Shown here one piece after another: positions 17,667 through 26,011 of a DNA stretch of 56,604 nt. Source of the stretch: a virus. The notes under the pieces are model-generated. The model saw only the letters and a list, made by a program, of their open reading frames with translations, made no database searches and had not been told where the DNA came from. How positions within the stretch are numbered: the first letter of the stretch is position 1; each line of letters begins with the position of its first letter. Location of the stretch: positions 1 through 56,604 of IMG/VR virus record IMGVR_UViG_3300045988_114323; one strand, given 5' to 3'. The position numbers were made by a program, and so were the translations under genes.

Positions 17667-17799
17667 CGTATATGATGACTACTGCTATGAATGCGGAGCG
17701 TATGGTGACGATTACAGAGTAGACGAAAACGGAAACTTAGTTAGCAATTGTGCTGACTGCCCATTTAATGGGGATAGGAGCGAAGATGAAGTACTTTAA
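17659..17799 (+). CDS. Small zinc-ribbon-like protein (46 aa)
   Basis: CYEC...CADC pattern. Overlaps the MTase stop. Confidence 0.4.
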   Translation: MDSVYDDYCYECGAYGDDYRVDENGNLVSNCADCPFNGDRSEDEVL

Positions 17800-18055
17800 C
17801 AACAAACAACAGGCGTATAAGCGGAACAAGGTATTAAACCGCCGTGATGCTGATAACCTTATAGTCGCATCTCATAAGCTGTTCATGATGATCGGATGTC
17901 TGGCACTGAATCAGGCGTTCGACTTCGGCGAAAAGCGTGTGGGGCGGTTTGTGGACAAGTTCCAGAGTATTTTGGACTCATACAACAGAGGATATATCAG
18001 TCTGGAAGATATTGAAACAATGCTGAAAGAAGACATAGGAATTGAGGTGAGTTGA
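17786..18055 (+). CDS. Hypothetical protein
   Basis: TAGGAG RBS. This is the internal Met of track ORF 17750..18055. Confidence 0.5.
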   Translation: MKYFNNKQQAYKRNKVLNRRDADNLIVASHKLFMMIGCLALNQAFDFGEKRVGRFVDKFQSILDSYNRGYISLEDIETMLKEDIGIEVS

Positions 18056-18310
18056 ATGAGACTAAATAACGGAATCTGTATTTCTTTTTTGCAAGATAGT
18101 GGTTGGCTACAGCGTCACGATAAAATACTTACAATGTGTGCGAAAGATACGGTTATCGATAAATTTGCAAGAAAAATCAAGAAAGAATTAGAAAATAATG
18201 CAATATACAACATGGATGCTATAAACACTATAGTTTGGCAATTGAAAGAAGAGATACTAAGTGGTGAGGAGTGTTTGACGAAAAATGTTGGTGAAATAGA
18301 TGAAAAATAG
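18056..18310 (+). CDS. Hypothetical protein
   Basis: ORF track. Its start abuts the upstream stop. Confidence 0.5.
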   Translation: MRLNNGICISFLQDSGWLQRHDKILTMCAKDTVIDKFARKIKKELENNAIYNMDAINTIVWQLKEEILSGEECLTKNVGEIDEK

Positions 18311-18749
18311 AGAGAAATACGCAGAAGAGTTATTAAACGTAGCGTGCGCAGGAAAGAGAATTGCGATTGATAAACAGACAATGCAGATTAGAGGCTGCGA
18401 AGGGCTTTCGTGCGGGAATTGTCTGTTTAGTTGCGGCGATTGCGATACAAAACTAGCAGAATGGGCAGAATCCGAATACGTTGAACCAGCAAAGATATCG
18501 AAGAAAGACAGGGCGCTTCTGGATTGTCTTAAAGAAGAATATAAGTTCTTCGCAAGAGATAAAAATGGTATGTTGTTTGTATATGAAGCACAGCCAAGAA
18601 AATTGGAAAAGTATTGGTATTTGTCCAATTATGGTTGTCTAGGCTTGAATCGGTGTTTAAATGTTGATTTTCCAATGATTAAATGGGAAGATGATGAACC
18701 GTGGCTTATCGAGGACTTGAAGAAGTTGGAGGTTGTCGATGAATATTGA
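18300..18749 (+). CDS. Hypothetical Cys-containing protein
   Basis: ORF track. Operon-style overlaps with neighbours. Confidence 0.55.
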   Translation: MKNREKYAEELLNVACAGKRIAIDKQTMQIRGCEGLSCGNCLFSCGDCDTKLAEWAESEYVEPAKISKKDRALLDCLKEEYKFFARDKNGMLFVYEAQPRKLEKYWYLSNYGCLGLNRCLNVDFPMIKWEDDEPWLIEDLKKLEVVDEY

Positions 18750-19215
18750 TAAAACTATGGAAAGCCCCGACATTCAACCAGAGAAAATAAAAGTAAGCAG
18801 TATATATGTAATAGCTAGCGAGCATTGCAACAAGCCATATTACGAAATTCGATATAAGGAAGTCGGAAATGATTTTTATAACATCGGTTATAGTTCGTTT
18901 AACTTGGAACAGGTTCTTTATTGGAGACATCGTTGCTTTGAAGTGGTTCCGGCCGATGAATATGAACGAAGAGATGCTAAAGACACAAATGTCCTTGGCA
19001 AATGGATTCCGTGCAGTGAGAGATTACCGAAGGATGGTGAAAATGTATTATGTTACGTGACAAGTGCGATGAGAGTTGGCGATGATATTGTTACTGGATT
19101 ACAGCATGATGGGTTATGGTTTATGCAGTCTGGCGTTGGAATGCAGAGCTTTGACAGAGCATGCACGGTGACAGCTTGGATGCCATTACCAGAGCCATAC
19201 AGGGAGGTGAGGTAG
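18733..19215 (+). CDS. DUF551-domain phage protein
   Basis: C-terminus WIPCSERLPKDGENVLCY...VTAWMPLPEPY is a typical DUF551 sequence. Confidence 0.6.
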   Translation: MSMNIDKTMESPDIQPEKIKVSSIYVIASEHCNKPYYEIRYKEVGNDFYNIGYSSFNLEQVLYWRHRCFEVVPADEYERRDAKDTNVLGKWIPCSERLPKDGENVLCYVTSAMRVGDDIVTGLQHDGLWFMQSGVGMQSFDRACTVTAWMPLPEPYREVR

Positions 19216-19380
19216 ATGGAAAAGAAAGAATATGAACAGATAGAAGAAACAGCAAATAGATTGCAGAAAATGGCAGATGAACGCCAGGCAAAAGCAATTA
19301 GAGATGCAAATCAGTATAGAGATGGTTACGTACAAGGTGTAGAAGATTTGCTGAAAAGCATAAGGAGAGGTGAATGGTGA
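19216..19380 (+). CDS. Small coiled-coil protein (54 aa)
   Basis: GGGAGGTGAGG RBS before ATG 19216. Confidence 0.45.
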   Translation: MEKKEYEQIEETANRLQKMADERQAKAIRDANQYRDGYVQGVEDLLKSIRRGEW

Positions 19381-19700
19381 ACAGAATCAATAGAGCAATA
19401 ACTATCCTGCTTGCAACCCTGGCATTAACCGGATGCGCTGAGAAGCAGGAGCAGGTAGAGCCGACACCGATTGTGGTGGAAAAGCCGGATATCACGCAGA
19501 CGAAAGAGTTTAAGCAGGCTGTATCTGGCCGGGTAAATGAGATCTTTAGCGGCGAAGTCAGCCTGACAGTGTACCTGGACACGGCAGAGGATTTTAATTA
19601 CATCGGAGAACTGGAGATCATCAATGATGGCTCCGACGGAACACGGCCGGTGATATTCATTCATGCGGATCACAGGACGGATGAAAGTGAGTGGTGGTAA
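19374..19700 (+). CDS. Phage-encoded lipoprotein
   Basis: Signal peptide with lipobox: AITILLATLALTGC. Confidence 0.65.
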   Translation: MVNRINRAITILLATLALTGCAEKQEQVEPTPIVVEKPDITQTKEFKQAVSGRVNEIFSGEVSLTVYLDTAEDFNYIGELEIINDGSDGTRPVIFIHADHRTDESEWW

Positions 19701-19878
19701 TGGACGGAAAATACGGAAGAACAAGAAAAGTAATGAAGATGGACGGTCAGAAACATTATAACGGGCTTGAAAAATTAAAGCCGGATTAGAAAGCAGTAAT
19801 AAATTATAGAAGACCAGCATATCCTAATATAAGTGTTGTTGATTACGTTAAGAAATGTAAGTAGTGGAGGAATGGCTT

Positions 19879-20106
19879 ATGAAGTTATCGAAACTGACTA
19901 AGCCAGAACTTGATTATTTTTTGAAAAATGCCAATTTTACAGAAGAAGAGGAAAAAGTTTTTATTCAATGCTCTAAAGGAAAATCAATACAGGAAATAGC
20001 ATTTTCTATCGGTGTTTGTGACAGAACTATAAACCGAAGAATATCTGCTATTTACGCAAAAATAAAAAGATTGGAGGTATACGCTAATGGCAATTCTGAC
20101 AATTGA
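19879..20106 (+). CDS. Sigma-70 region-4-like HTH regulator
   Basis: GGAGGA RBS. GKSIQEIAFSIGVCDRTINRRISAIYAKI resembles a region 4 / LuxR-type HTH. Confidence 0.55.
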   Translation: MKLSKLTKPELDYFLKNANFTEEEEKVFIQCSKGKSIQEIAFSIGVCDRTINRRISAIYAKIKRLEVYANGNSDN

Positions 20107-20191
20107 CGGAGAAGTAGTACAGGCAGAAGATGTGGAGCTAGATGAAGAAACGCTCCGTATGATTGCAGAAATACTTTCTCGGTCTGATTGA
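20087..20191 (+). CDS. Small acidic protein (34 aa)
   Basis: GGAGG RBS. The stop overlaps the -35 of the recombinase promoter. Confidence 0.35.
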   Translation: MAILTIDGEVVQAEDVELDEETLRMIAEILSRSD

Positions 20192-20216
20192 CAAAAAACC
20201 GTATAAAAGATAGAAT
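20188..20216 (+). promoter_or_regulatory. Near-consensus promoter of the recombinase gene
   Basis: TTGACA-17 nt-TAGAAT. Confidence 0.65.
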
Positions 20217-20248
20217 GTGTCATAATATAGGAAATATGGCACATTCTA
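20211..20248. other. 38-bp dyad-symmetric site (candidate attP / recombinase binding site)
   Basis: TAGAATGTG-N20-CACATTCTA. Overlaps the -10 element and the 5' UTR of the recombinase gene. Confidence 0.4.
20225..20242. repeat. Inverted repeat, left copy (ATATAGGAAATATGGCAC)
   Basis: Perfect 18-bp reverse complement of 21671..21688. Confidence 0.9.
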
Positions 20249-20268
20249 TTTAAAGGAGGAAATGATAT

Positions 20269-21630
20269 ATGGAATGTGTCGCATATTTGCGTGTTTCAAC
20301 AGAAAAGCAGGCAGAAGAGGGCCATGGTCTTGAAAGTCAAAAGAGAGACATCGAGAACTATTGCCGAAAAAATGAATTGATTATAGTAGATTGGTATGTT
20401 GATGATGGATATACAGGATCTAATATGGATAGACCTGAGTTCCAAAGACTTATAAGCGATTGCTATGCGAAAAGAGTAAAATGTGTTGTAGCTTATAAGC
20501 TTGACAGAATATCCAGAACAATGTTGGATTCTATTTATGTAATTGAGCGTATATTTCAGCCAAATAATGTCCGGCTTGAGTGTGTCCATGACGCTGTTAA
20601 TTACAATGATCCTATGCAACAAGCATATACTCAGATGATGGCAGTATTTGCGCAGCTAGATAAAAACACAATGATGCTTCGTATGCGTGGAGGTATACTT
20701 GAACGAGTTAAAAAAGGATACTGGCCTGGCGGTGGCATTAAGCCGTATTGCTACAGATATGACAAAGAGATCGGGATACTAATTCCAATACCAGAAAGAG
20801 CCGAAAGAGCAAGACAGGCACTAGATTTGTTTATTCAAGGATATTCCGATGAAAAAATAATGCGAATGCTTGGTTTCCGAACGGAAGGAGTAGTGCGAAA
20901 CATACTTACCGGAGTAGTAAATATTGGAAAGATTAAATATAAAGGCAATGTTTATCAAGGCAGACACGAACCAATATTTGATGTGGAAAAGTTCAATCTT
21001 GGCTTGGAGATTCGGAAGACGCGAAGCAAAGCAAGAGCATATTGCCGGACAGAGCCAAATTTACTTACTGGACTGTGCTATTGCGGTGTATGCGGCTGTA
21101 AAATGAGGTACCAAAAATGGGGTTCAGACAGGAGAAAAATGTACTGCTGTTCGCGAAACCGATACTTGGATTACTTGCCAAACTATAATCATGATTGTGA
21201 CAATTCAGTGGAATGGGCTGACAAAATTGAAGAACAGGTTGAAAGCGAGATTTTAAAAATATCCCTAAATCTTTCTAGCTATAAGCCTAAAGAGAAAGCT
21301 ACGAAGCTTGAAATCATGCAATCACAATTGGATAAAAGCAAAACTAAATTAAGACGTCTTTACGAGCTGTATGCAGATGGAAACGACATGGTTCTTGATA
21401 TGATTAGCAATCTTGAGAATGAGATTGAGATATCTAAGGAAAGAATCAAAGAAGAATCTAAAAATATCCAAAAAGAAAACAAAAAAGAATATGTTTATGA
21501 AAACATAAAAAATCTTGCCGACGTCTGGGACACGATCGACAAGACAAAGAAAAATACTATATTGAAGAGTATAATCTCTAAAGTAGTAGTTGTCAACGGA
21601 AACGTTGACATTCAATTAAAATCTTTTTAG
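20269..21630 (+). CDS. Large serine recombinase (integrase)
   Basis: N-terminal resolvase motif AYLRVSTEKQ...G.GLESQ, then a recombinase domain and a Cys-rich zinc ribbon (CYCGVCGCKM...CC), then a C-terminal coiled coil. Confidence 0.9.
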   Translation: MECVAYLRVSTEKQAEEGHGLESQKRDIENYCRKNELIIVDWYVDDGYTGSNMDRPEFQRLISDCYAKRVKCVVAYKLDRISRTMLDSIYVIERIFQPNNVRLECVHDAVNYNDPMQQAYTQMMAVFAQLDKNTMMLRMRGGILERVKKGYWPGGGIKPYCYRYDKEIGILIPIPERAERARQALDLFIQGYSDEKIMRMLGFRTEGVVRNILTGVVNIGKIKYKGNVYQGRHEPIFDVEKFNLGLEIRKTRSKARAYCRTEPNLLTGLCYCGVCGCKMRYQKWGSDRRKMYCCSRNRYLDYLPNYNHDCDNSVEWADKIEEQVESEILKISLNLSSYKPKEKATKLEIMQSQLDKSKTKLRRLYELYADGNDMVLDMISNLENEIEISKERIKEESKNIQKENKKEYVYENIKNLADVWDTIDKTKKNTILKSIISKVVVVNGNVDIQLKSF

Positions 21631-21670
21631 CATAACCTTATTACCGTCCGATGGTTGGCGGATATGCTAA

Positions 21671-21688
21671 GTGCCATATTTCCTATAT
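21671..21688. repeat. Inverted repeat, right copy (GTGCCATATTTCCTATAT)
   Basis: Perfect reverse complement of 20225..20242, 41 nt after the recombinase stop. Confidence 0.9.
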
Positions 21689-21736
21689 GTCCCAAATATT
21701 AATGTCATAAGTGTGTCGGAATTATGTCTTTTGAAT

Positions 21737-21758
21737 GTCGCTATAAGCGACTTTTTTT
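21737..21758 (+). terminator. Intrinsic terminator
   Basis: GTCGC-TATAA-GCGAC stem followed by T7. Confidence 0.7.
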
Positions 21759-21793
21759 GTGCGAAAATACAAAATAGATAGGAGGTACGACCT

Positions 21794-21970
21794 ATGTTTT
21801 CGGATGATCTATTAACTATTATATTCTCAGATAGCAGACTTTGCAATATCCCTCTTGAATTTCAATCAACAATTGTTCATGTTGTGGAAGATGCGATACA
21901 AAAAAGATTCTATACAGACACAAAAGAATTATCGAAAGAACAAATACTGGATGACGTATGTGGCAGTTAG
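21794..21970 (+). CDS. Small hypothetical protein (58 aa)
   Basis: GGAGG RBS. First gene of the accessory operon. Confidence 0.45.
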   Translation: MFSDDLLTIIFSDSRLCNIPLEFQSTIVHVVEDAIQKRFYTDTKELSKEQILDDVCGS

Positions 21971-21981
21971 GAGGGCGAATT

Positions 21982-22455
21982 ATGTACGAAAATCAATATT
22001 TTGGAAATCCATATTTTCAGTCTAATGCACAGAGGTTTCCGACAGGGCAATATCAAGCTCCGATGCAACAGCCAATCTATCAACCGCAGTTTCAACAAAA
22101 TCAGCCAGCAAGCCAGATTGTCGGAAGAACAGTAGATAGTGTTGAGATGATACAGGCAAATGATGTGCCGATGAATGCACCGTATGCACTGTTTCCAAAA
22201 TCAGATTTATCAGAAATATATCTGAAATCATGGAACCAGAATGGAACAATCCAGACGGTCGTATTTAAGCCAGAAATTCCAAAGGCTAACGATTCTATAT
22301 CTAATAGTGAAGACGGATTAAAAAGTGGCAATTCGGAGCTTACAGAGCAGATTATGAGACGATTGGACAAATTATCGTCTCAAATTGAAGAAATAGGAAA
22401 TTCCATTCCTAAAACAAGAACTTCAAAAGCAAAAAAGGATGGTGATTCTGAATGA
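21982..22455 (+). CDS. Gln/Pro/Tyr-rich N-terminus protein
   Basis: AGGAGGG RBS. N-terminus YENQYFGNPYFQSNAQRFPTGQYQAPMQQPIYQPQFQQNQ. Confidence 0.55.
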   Translation: MYENQYFGNPYFQSNAQRFPTGQYQAPMQQPIYQPQFQQNQPASQIVGRTVDSVEMIQANDVPMNAPYALFPKSDLSEIYLKSWNQNGTIQTVVFKPEIPKANDSISNSEDGLKSGNSELTEQIMRRLDKLSSQIEEIGNSIPKTRTSKAKKDGDSE

Positions 22456-22658
22456 TTAACCCGATGCAGATGATTCTTAATCAAATGATGAACAGTCCGC
22501 AGATTAAGAGTAATCCGATGGCTCAGAATGCCATGAGAATGTATCAGAGCGGAGATACAAAAGGGCTTCAAGAAATGGCAGAAAACCTTTGTAGAGAAAA
22601 CGGTACAAACCCAGAAGAAGTAAAAAACAGAATAATGAGCCAGTTTGGTTTTAAATAA
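22452..22658 (+). CDS. Small Met/Asn/Gln-rich protein
   Basis: ATGA overlap with the upstream gene. ORF track. Confidence 0.5.
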   Translation: MINPMQMILNQMMNSPQIKSNPMAQNAMRMYQSGDTKGLQEMAENLCRENGTNPEEVKNRIMSQFGFK

Positions 22659-22730
22659 ATTGTACATTTTGGGTTGCGCGCATAATAACCGGATTCCCAT
22701 TTGTAAATATTACAGATGGAGGTACAGAAA

Positions 22731-23510
22731 ATGTTCAATGGTACAAATGGAGTAAGCCTTGCTGATATCGCTGCTGTAACCGGAAACGGAAGAAACAACG
22801 ATGGCATGTGGGGCGGAGATGGCTGGTGGGCAATTATAATCTTTGCTATGATTTTTGGCTGGGGTGGCTTCGGCGGTAATGGCTGGGGTAACAACGGCGG
22901 TGGTGCATTGCAGGGATATGCTACACAGTCAGACTTGCAGAGAGGATTTGACACTCAGTCAATCATCGGAAAGCTTGACGGCATTACAAATGGACTGTGT
23001 GATGGATTCTATGCCGAAAATAACAGTATGCTCACTGGATTTAATGGCATTAACACAAACATCATGCAGACTGGATACGGAATCCAGCAGGCTATTAATG
23101 CTGACACAATCGCAAACATGCAGAACACCAATGCTTTACAGTCTCAGCTCGCAAATTGCTGTTGCGAAACAAGAGAAGCTATCCAGGGCGTAAACTACAA
23201 TATGGCAACTAACACTTGCGCATTGCAGAATACAATGAATAGCAACACAAGAGACATTATTGATAGCCAGAACGCAGGCACTAGAGCCATCCTTGACTAT
23301 CTCTGCAATGAAAAGATTTCTACCTTACAGGCAGAGAACAATGATCTCAGACGCGCTGCATCACAGGATCGCCAGAGCGCATTGCTTACAAATGCAATGT
23401 CTGCACAGACACAGCAGATTATCAATGCGGTCAATCCGGCACCTATTCCGGCATATCAGGTTCCTAATCCGAATGTTTATTACGGATGCAACACTGGTTG
23501 CGGATGCTAA
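22731..23510 (+). CDS. Gly/Trp-rich membrane-anchored, Gln/Asn- and Cys-rich protein
   Basis: GGAGG lies before the second ATG. GGDGWWAIIIFAMIFGWGGFGGNGWG is a YjcZ-like segment. The C-terminus ends YYGCNTGCGC. Confidence 0.6.
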   Translation: MFNGTNGVSLADIAAVTGNGRNNDGMWGGDGWWAIIIFAMIFGWGGFGGNGWGNNGGGALQGYATQSDLQRGFDTQSIIGKLDGITNGLCDGFYAENNSMLTGFNGINTNIMQTGYGIQQAINADTIANMQNTNALQSQLANCCCETREAIQGVNYNMATNTCALQNTMNSNTRDIIDSQNAGTRAILDYLCNEKISTLQAENNDLRRAASQDRQSALLTNAMSAQTQQIINAVNPAPIPAYQVPNPNVYYGCNTGCGC

Positions 23511-23676
23511 CCGAATGTAAAACCATACGGTTAAAAATGAATATTTTGTAACTTAATCAAGGTTTAATCAAGGTTTAGCCAAGATTTAAACAAGGTTATG
23601 TCTGCATAAGCAGTATTACGATATAAAGGGCAGATCATAACGGTCTGTCCTTTTTGAGGAAAGAGAGGTATTTATT

Positions 23677-24099
23677 ATGGCTGAATATACTGGAATCGCA
23701 TTACAGACAGTAGCACAGGGCGAAGATGTAGCGTTTACGGAAACGGCTTTTTCCGGCGGTAATTGCATCGTGCATAGACAGGGAGCAGGAATTGTAAAAT
23801 TACGTGGATTAACAAGCCAGTGCAGAGCAAGATTCCTCGTTGATTTTTCTGGAAACATCCAGATACCTACAGGCGGTACGGTTGAAGCTATTTCACTTGC
23901 GCTTGCTGTTGATGGAGAGCCATTACAGGCAACTAAGATGATCGTTACTCCGGCAGCAGTTGAAAATTTCTTTAACGTGTCTACGCAGGCGTACATTGAT
24001 GTTCCAAAAGGATGTTGCAGCACGGTAGCTGTTCAGAACACTTCTGGACAGGCTATTGAAGTTCAGAACAGTAACTTGACTGTAGTAAGAGTTGCGTAG
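23677..24099 (+). CDS. Beta-sandwich protein resembling the BclA C-terminal (C1q/TNF-like) domain
   Basis: 140 aa with an alternating beta pattern. The G..V.F...G.Y.V.F...L.L.V.G..L...I.V.N.S...I.V..S.L.V.RV layout resembles exosporium BclA-CTD/DUF3992, as I recall it. Confidence 0.4.
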   Translation: MAEYTGIALQTVAQGEDVAFTETAFSGGNCIVHRQGAGIVKLRGLTSQCRARFLVDFSGNIQIPTGGTVEAISLALAVDGEPLQATKMIVTPAAVENFFNVSTQAYIDVPKGCCSTVAVQNTSGQAIEVQNSNLTVVRVA

Positions 24100-24111
24100 G
24101 AGGTGGCAGTT

Positions 24112-24768
24112 ATGGATGTTGAAAGAATGCATGATATGATCGAAAAACTGTCAGAAGTTGCGAAGTGTGAGATTGACAAAGGTATTGAAAACGTAGATAC
24201 TTGCGAAATGGGACAAGTTGTCGATATGCTCAAAGACCTCAGTGAAGCAATGTACTACCGGAAACTCACACATGTTATGGAAGATTTTGGAGACGAAGAA
24301 AACATGGAGATGTTTGATCGTTATGGTGATGGTCGTAGATTCTACGATAATTACCGATACGCTAATGGTAGATTTGCTCCAAAAGGTCGCGGCTCACGAA
24401 GAGGTTATGAGGAACGTCCGTATTATCACATGACTCCGGAAATGTATCGTAACATGGATCCGGAGTATATGAGAGACATGGACTATGATATTGGACGGAT
24501 GTATTTTTCTGACAAGCGAAATCCGGGTATGACCGGAGCGGAAATGTCTGGAAGCAAGCATTATTATGGTGGTGATGCTCAGAGAGACCACAAAGAGGGA
24601 AAAGCTGGAATGAGCCGAAAAACATATATGGAATCAAAAGATCTACATGATCTTGAAGCATATATGAAAGATACAGCAGAGGATTTGACAGAAGTGTACA
24701 ACAGTGCAACAAATGAAGCTAAGACGATGCTGAAAGCGAAAATCCAGACACTTTTACAGAAGATGTAG
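24112..24768 (+). CDS. Met/Tyr/Arg/Asp-rich low-complexity protein
   Basis: AGGAGG lies 8 nt before ATG 24112. Confidence 0.55.
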   Translation: MDVERMHDMIEKLSEVAKCEIDKGIENVDTCEMGQVVDMLKDLSEAMYYRKLTHVMEDFGDEENMEMFDRYGDGRRFYDNYRYANGRFAPKGRGSRRGYEERPYYHMTPEMYRNMDPEYMRDMDYDIGRMYFSDKRNPGMTGAEMSGSKHYYGGDAQRDHKEGKAGMSRKTYMESKDLHDLEAYMKDTAEDLTEVYNSATNEAKTMLKAKIQTLLQKM

Positions 24769-24807
24769 TTTTATAGGGGGCGTAATGCTCCCTTTTGAGG
24801 TGATAGC

Positions 24808-25128
24808 ATGAATTTTATTATCAACGGTGTACCGTGGGTGGTTTTGATTGACAATCCCAACAGTGATGCGCTTAGAAGAAGTGATGGTAGTCTGGCGGTA
24901 GGCGTTACCGATGCTGGAAATAACACGGTTACTTTGTCAAATCTGTTAAGCGGAGAATTTCTCCGAAAAGTGCTGATTCATGAGATATGCCATTGTGTCT
25001 GCTTCTCTTATGGAATACACATACCAATCAACCAAGAAGAGTTTTTGTGTGACTTTGTGGCAAGTCATGGTGACGAAGTGTTTGATATTGTTGCTATGCT
25101 GTCTAATGTGGTCAGAAAGGCGGTGTAA
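24808..25128 (+). CDS. Small HExxH metallopeptidase-like protein
   Basis: HEICH motif in a 106-aa protein. Architecture is similar to 34302..34697. Confidence 0.5.
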   Translation: MNFIINGVPWVVLIDNPNSDALRRSDGSLAVGVTDAGNNTVTLSNLLSGEFLRKVLIHEICHCVCFSYGIHIPINQEEFLCDFVASHGDEVFDIVAMLSNVVRKAV

Positions 25129-25130
25129 TC

Positions 25131-25280
25131 GTGCTGGACGAACTATTGGAGTACATACAGAAAACTAACCCAGAAATGACCAGAAAAAAGCTTGTAGAGG
25201 AGCTTGGTCGAACTGATTCATCCACAAAGAGCATTATCCGTGAATTTATATTGATTTACAGAAAACCAGATTTTAAGTAG
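25131..25280 (+). CDS. Small protein (49 aa, GTG start)
   Basis: In operon position. The start codon and RBS are weak. Confidence 0.3.
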   Translation: MLDELLEYIQKTNPEMTRKKLVEELGRTDSSTKSIIREFILIYRKPDFK

Positions 25281-25289
25281 TCTGGTTTT
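25264..25289 (+). terminator. Intrinsic terminator
   Basis: AACCAGA-N10-TCTGGTT stem followed by Ts. Confidence 0.6.
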
Positions 25290-25362
25290 CTTGTATACAG
25301 TGACAATATTTGAATTATGTGATATGATTAATAAAGAGTTTTTTAAAGGAGGAGATTACGAT

Positions 25363-25716
25363 ATGAAAACTTGGAAATTAGTATCTGGTATATTGTCTAT
25401 TGTACTGTTTGCATTTGTGGCATTTCAATCATGCGCAGTTGGAATAGGAAACACAATGACTGACAACGGAGAAGTTGGTGGAAGTGCTGGAATCATTGTT
25501 GCTATTTTATTGCTTACGGGCGGTATTATTTCCATTGCTACAAAAAATTCTACTGGAAAAGGCGGAAATATTGCCTTGATAGTAATATTTGCTATAGGTG
25601 CCTTTCTTGGATTCGCATTGGCTGGTGGATATTCAGACCTTAAAATTTGGGCTGGATGGTGCTTGATCAACGTGATTATGGCTGTTTTGTCAATAGCCAA
25701 AAAACATAAAAATTAA
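25363..25716 (+). CDS. Four-TM membrane protein (moron)
   Basis: AAGGAGGAG RBS and hydrophobic helices throughout. Confidence 0.65.
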   Translation: MKTWKLVSGILSIVLFAFVAFQSCAVGIGNTMTDNGEVGGSAGIIVAILLLTGGIISIATKNSTGKGGNIALIVIFAIGAFLGFALAGGYSDLKIWAGWCLINVIMAVLSIAKKHKN

Positions 25717-25737
25717 TATTTTAACTTCAATTATTCA

Positions 25738-25773
25738 AAGCAACTTGCAAGGAATATTTACAGGTTGCTTTTT
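25738..25773 (+). terminator. Intrinsic terminator (arms shared with 26932..26962)
   Basis: AAGCAACTTG...CAGGTTGCTTTTT. Confidence 0.6.
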
Positions 25774-26011
25774 CAGTTGCTAAAATTTTGTAGCACTCGG
25801 ATTTGGAATAAGAGTGCTAAACCATGATACACACTTCAAACTATATAGATATAGAATAAACTCCCATTTTTCGAGTAGTTCTTTTTTAGGTGTGTTATAA
25901 TATATTATAAAACCATAAAAAGTTGCTATCTAACTGTATTGCGAAGCAACTATTGTGGTAATATGTTGTATTTGTAACAGAAGTTGTTGAGGATTATGAG
26001 AGGTATAAGTT

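Noticed and set aside
20211-21688. Linking the recombinase-flanking repeat with the fibre inversion repeat as sites of one enzyme
   Set aside because: The two repeat pairs (ATATAGGAAATATGGCAC and GTTGCTGARTTAAAKGGYAAGATT) share no sequence similarity, so a common recombinase cannot be inferred from the sequence.
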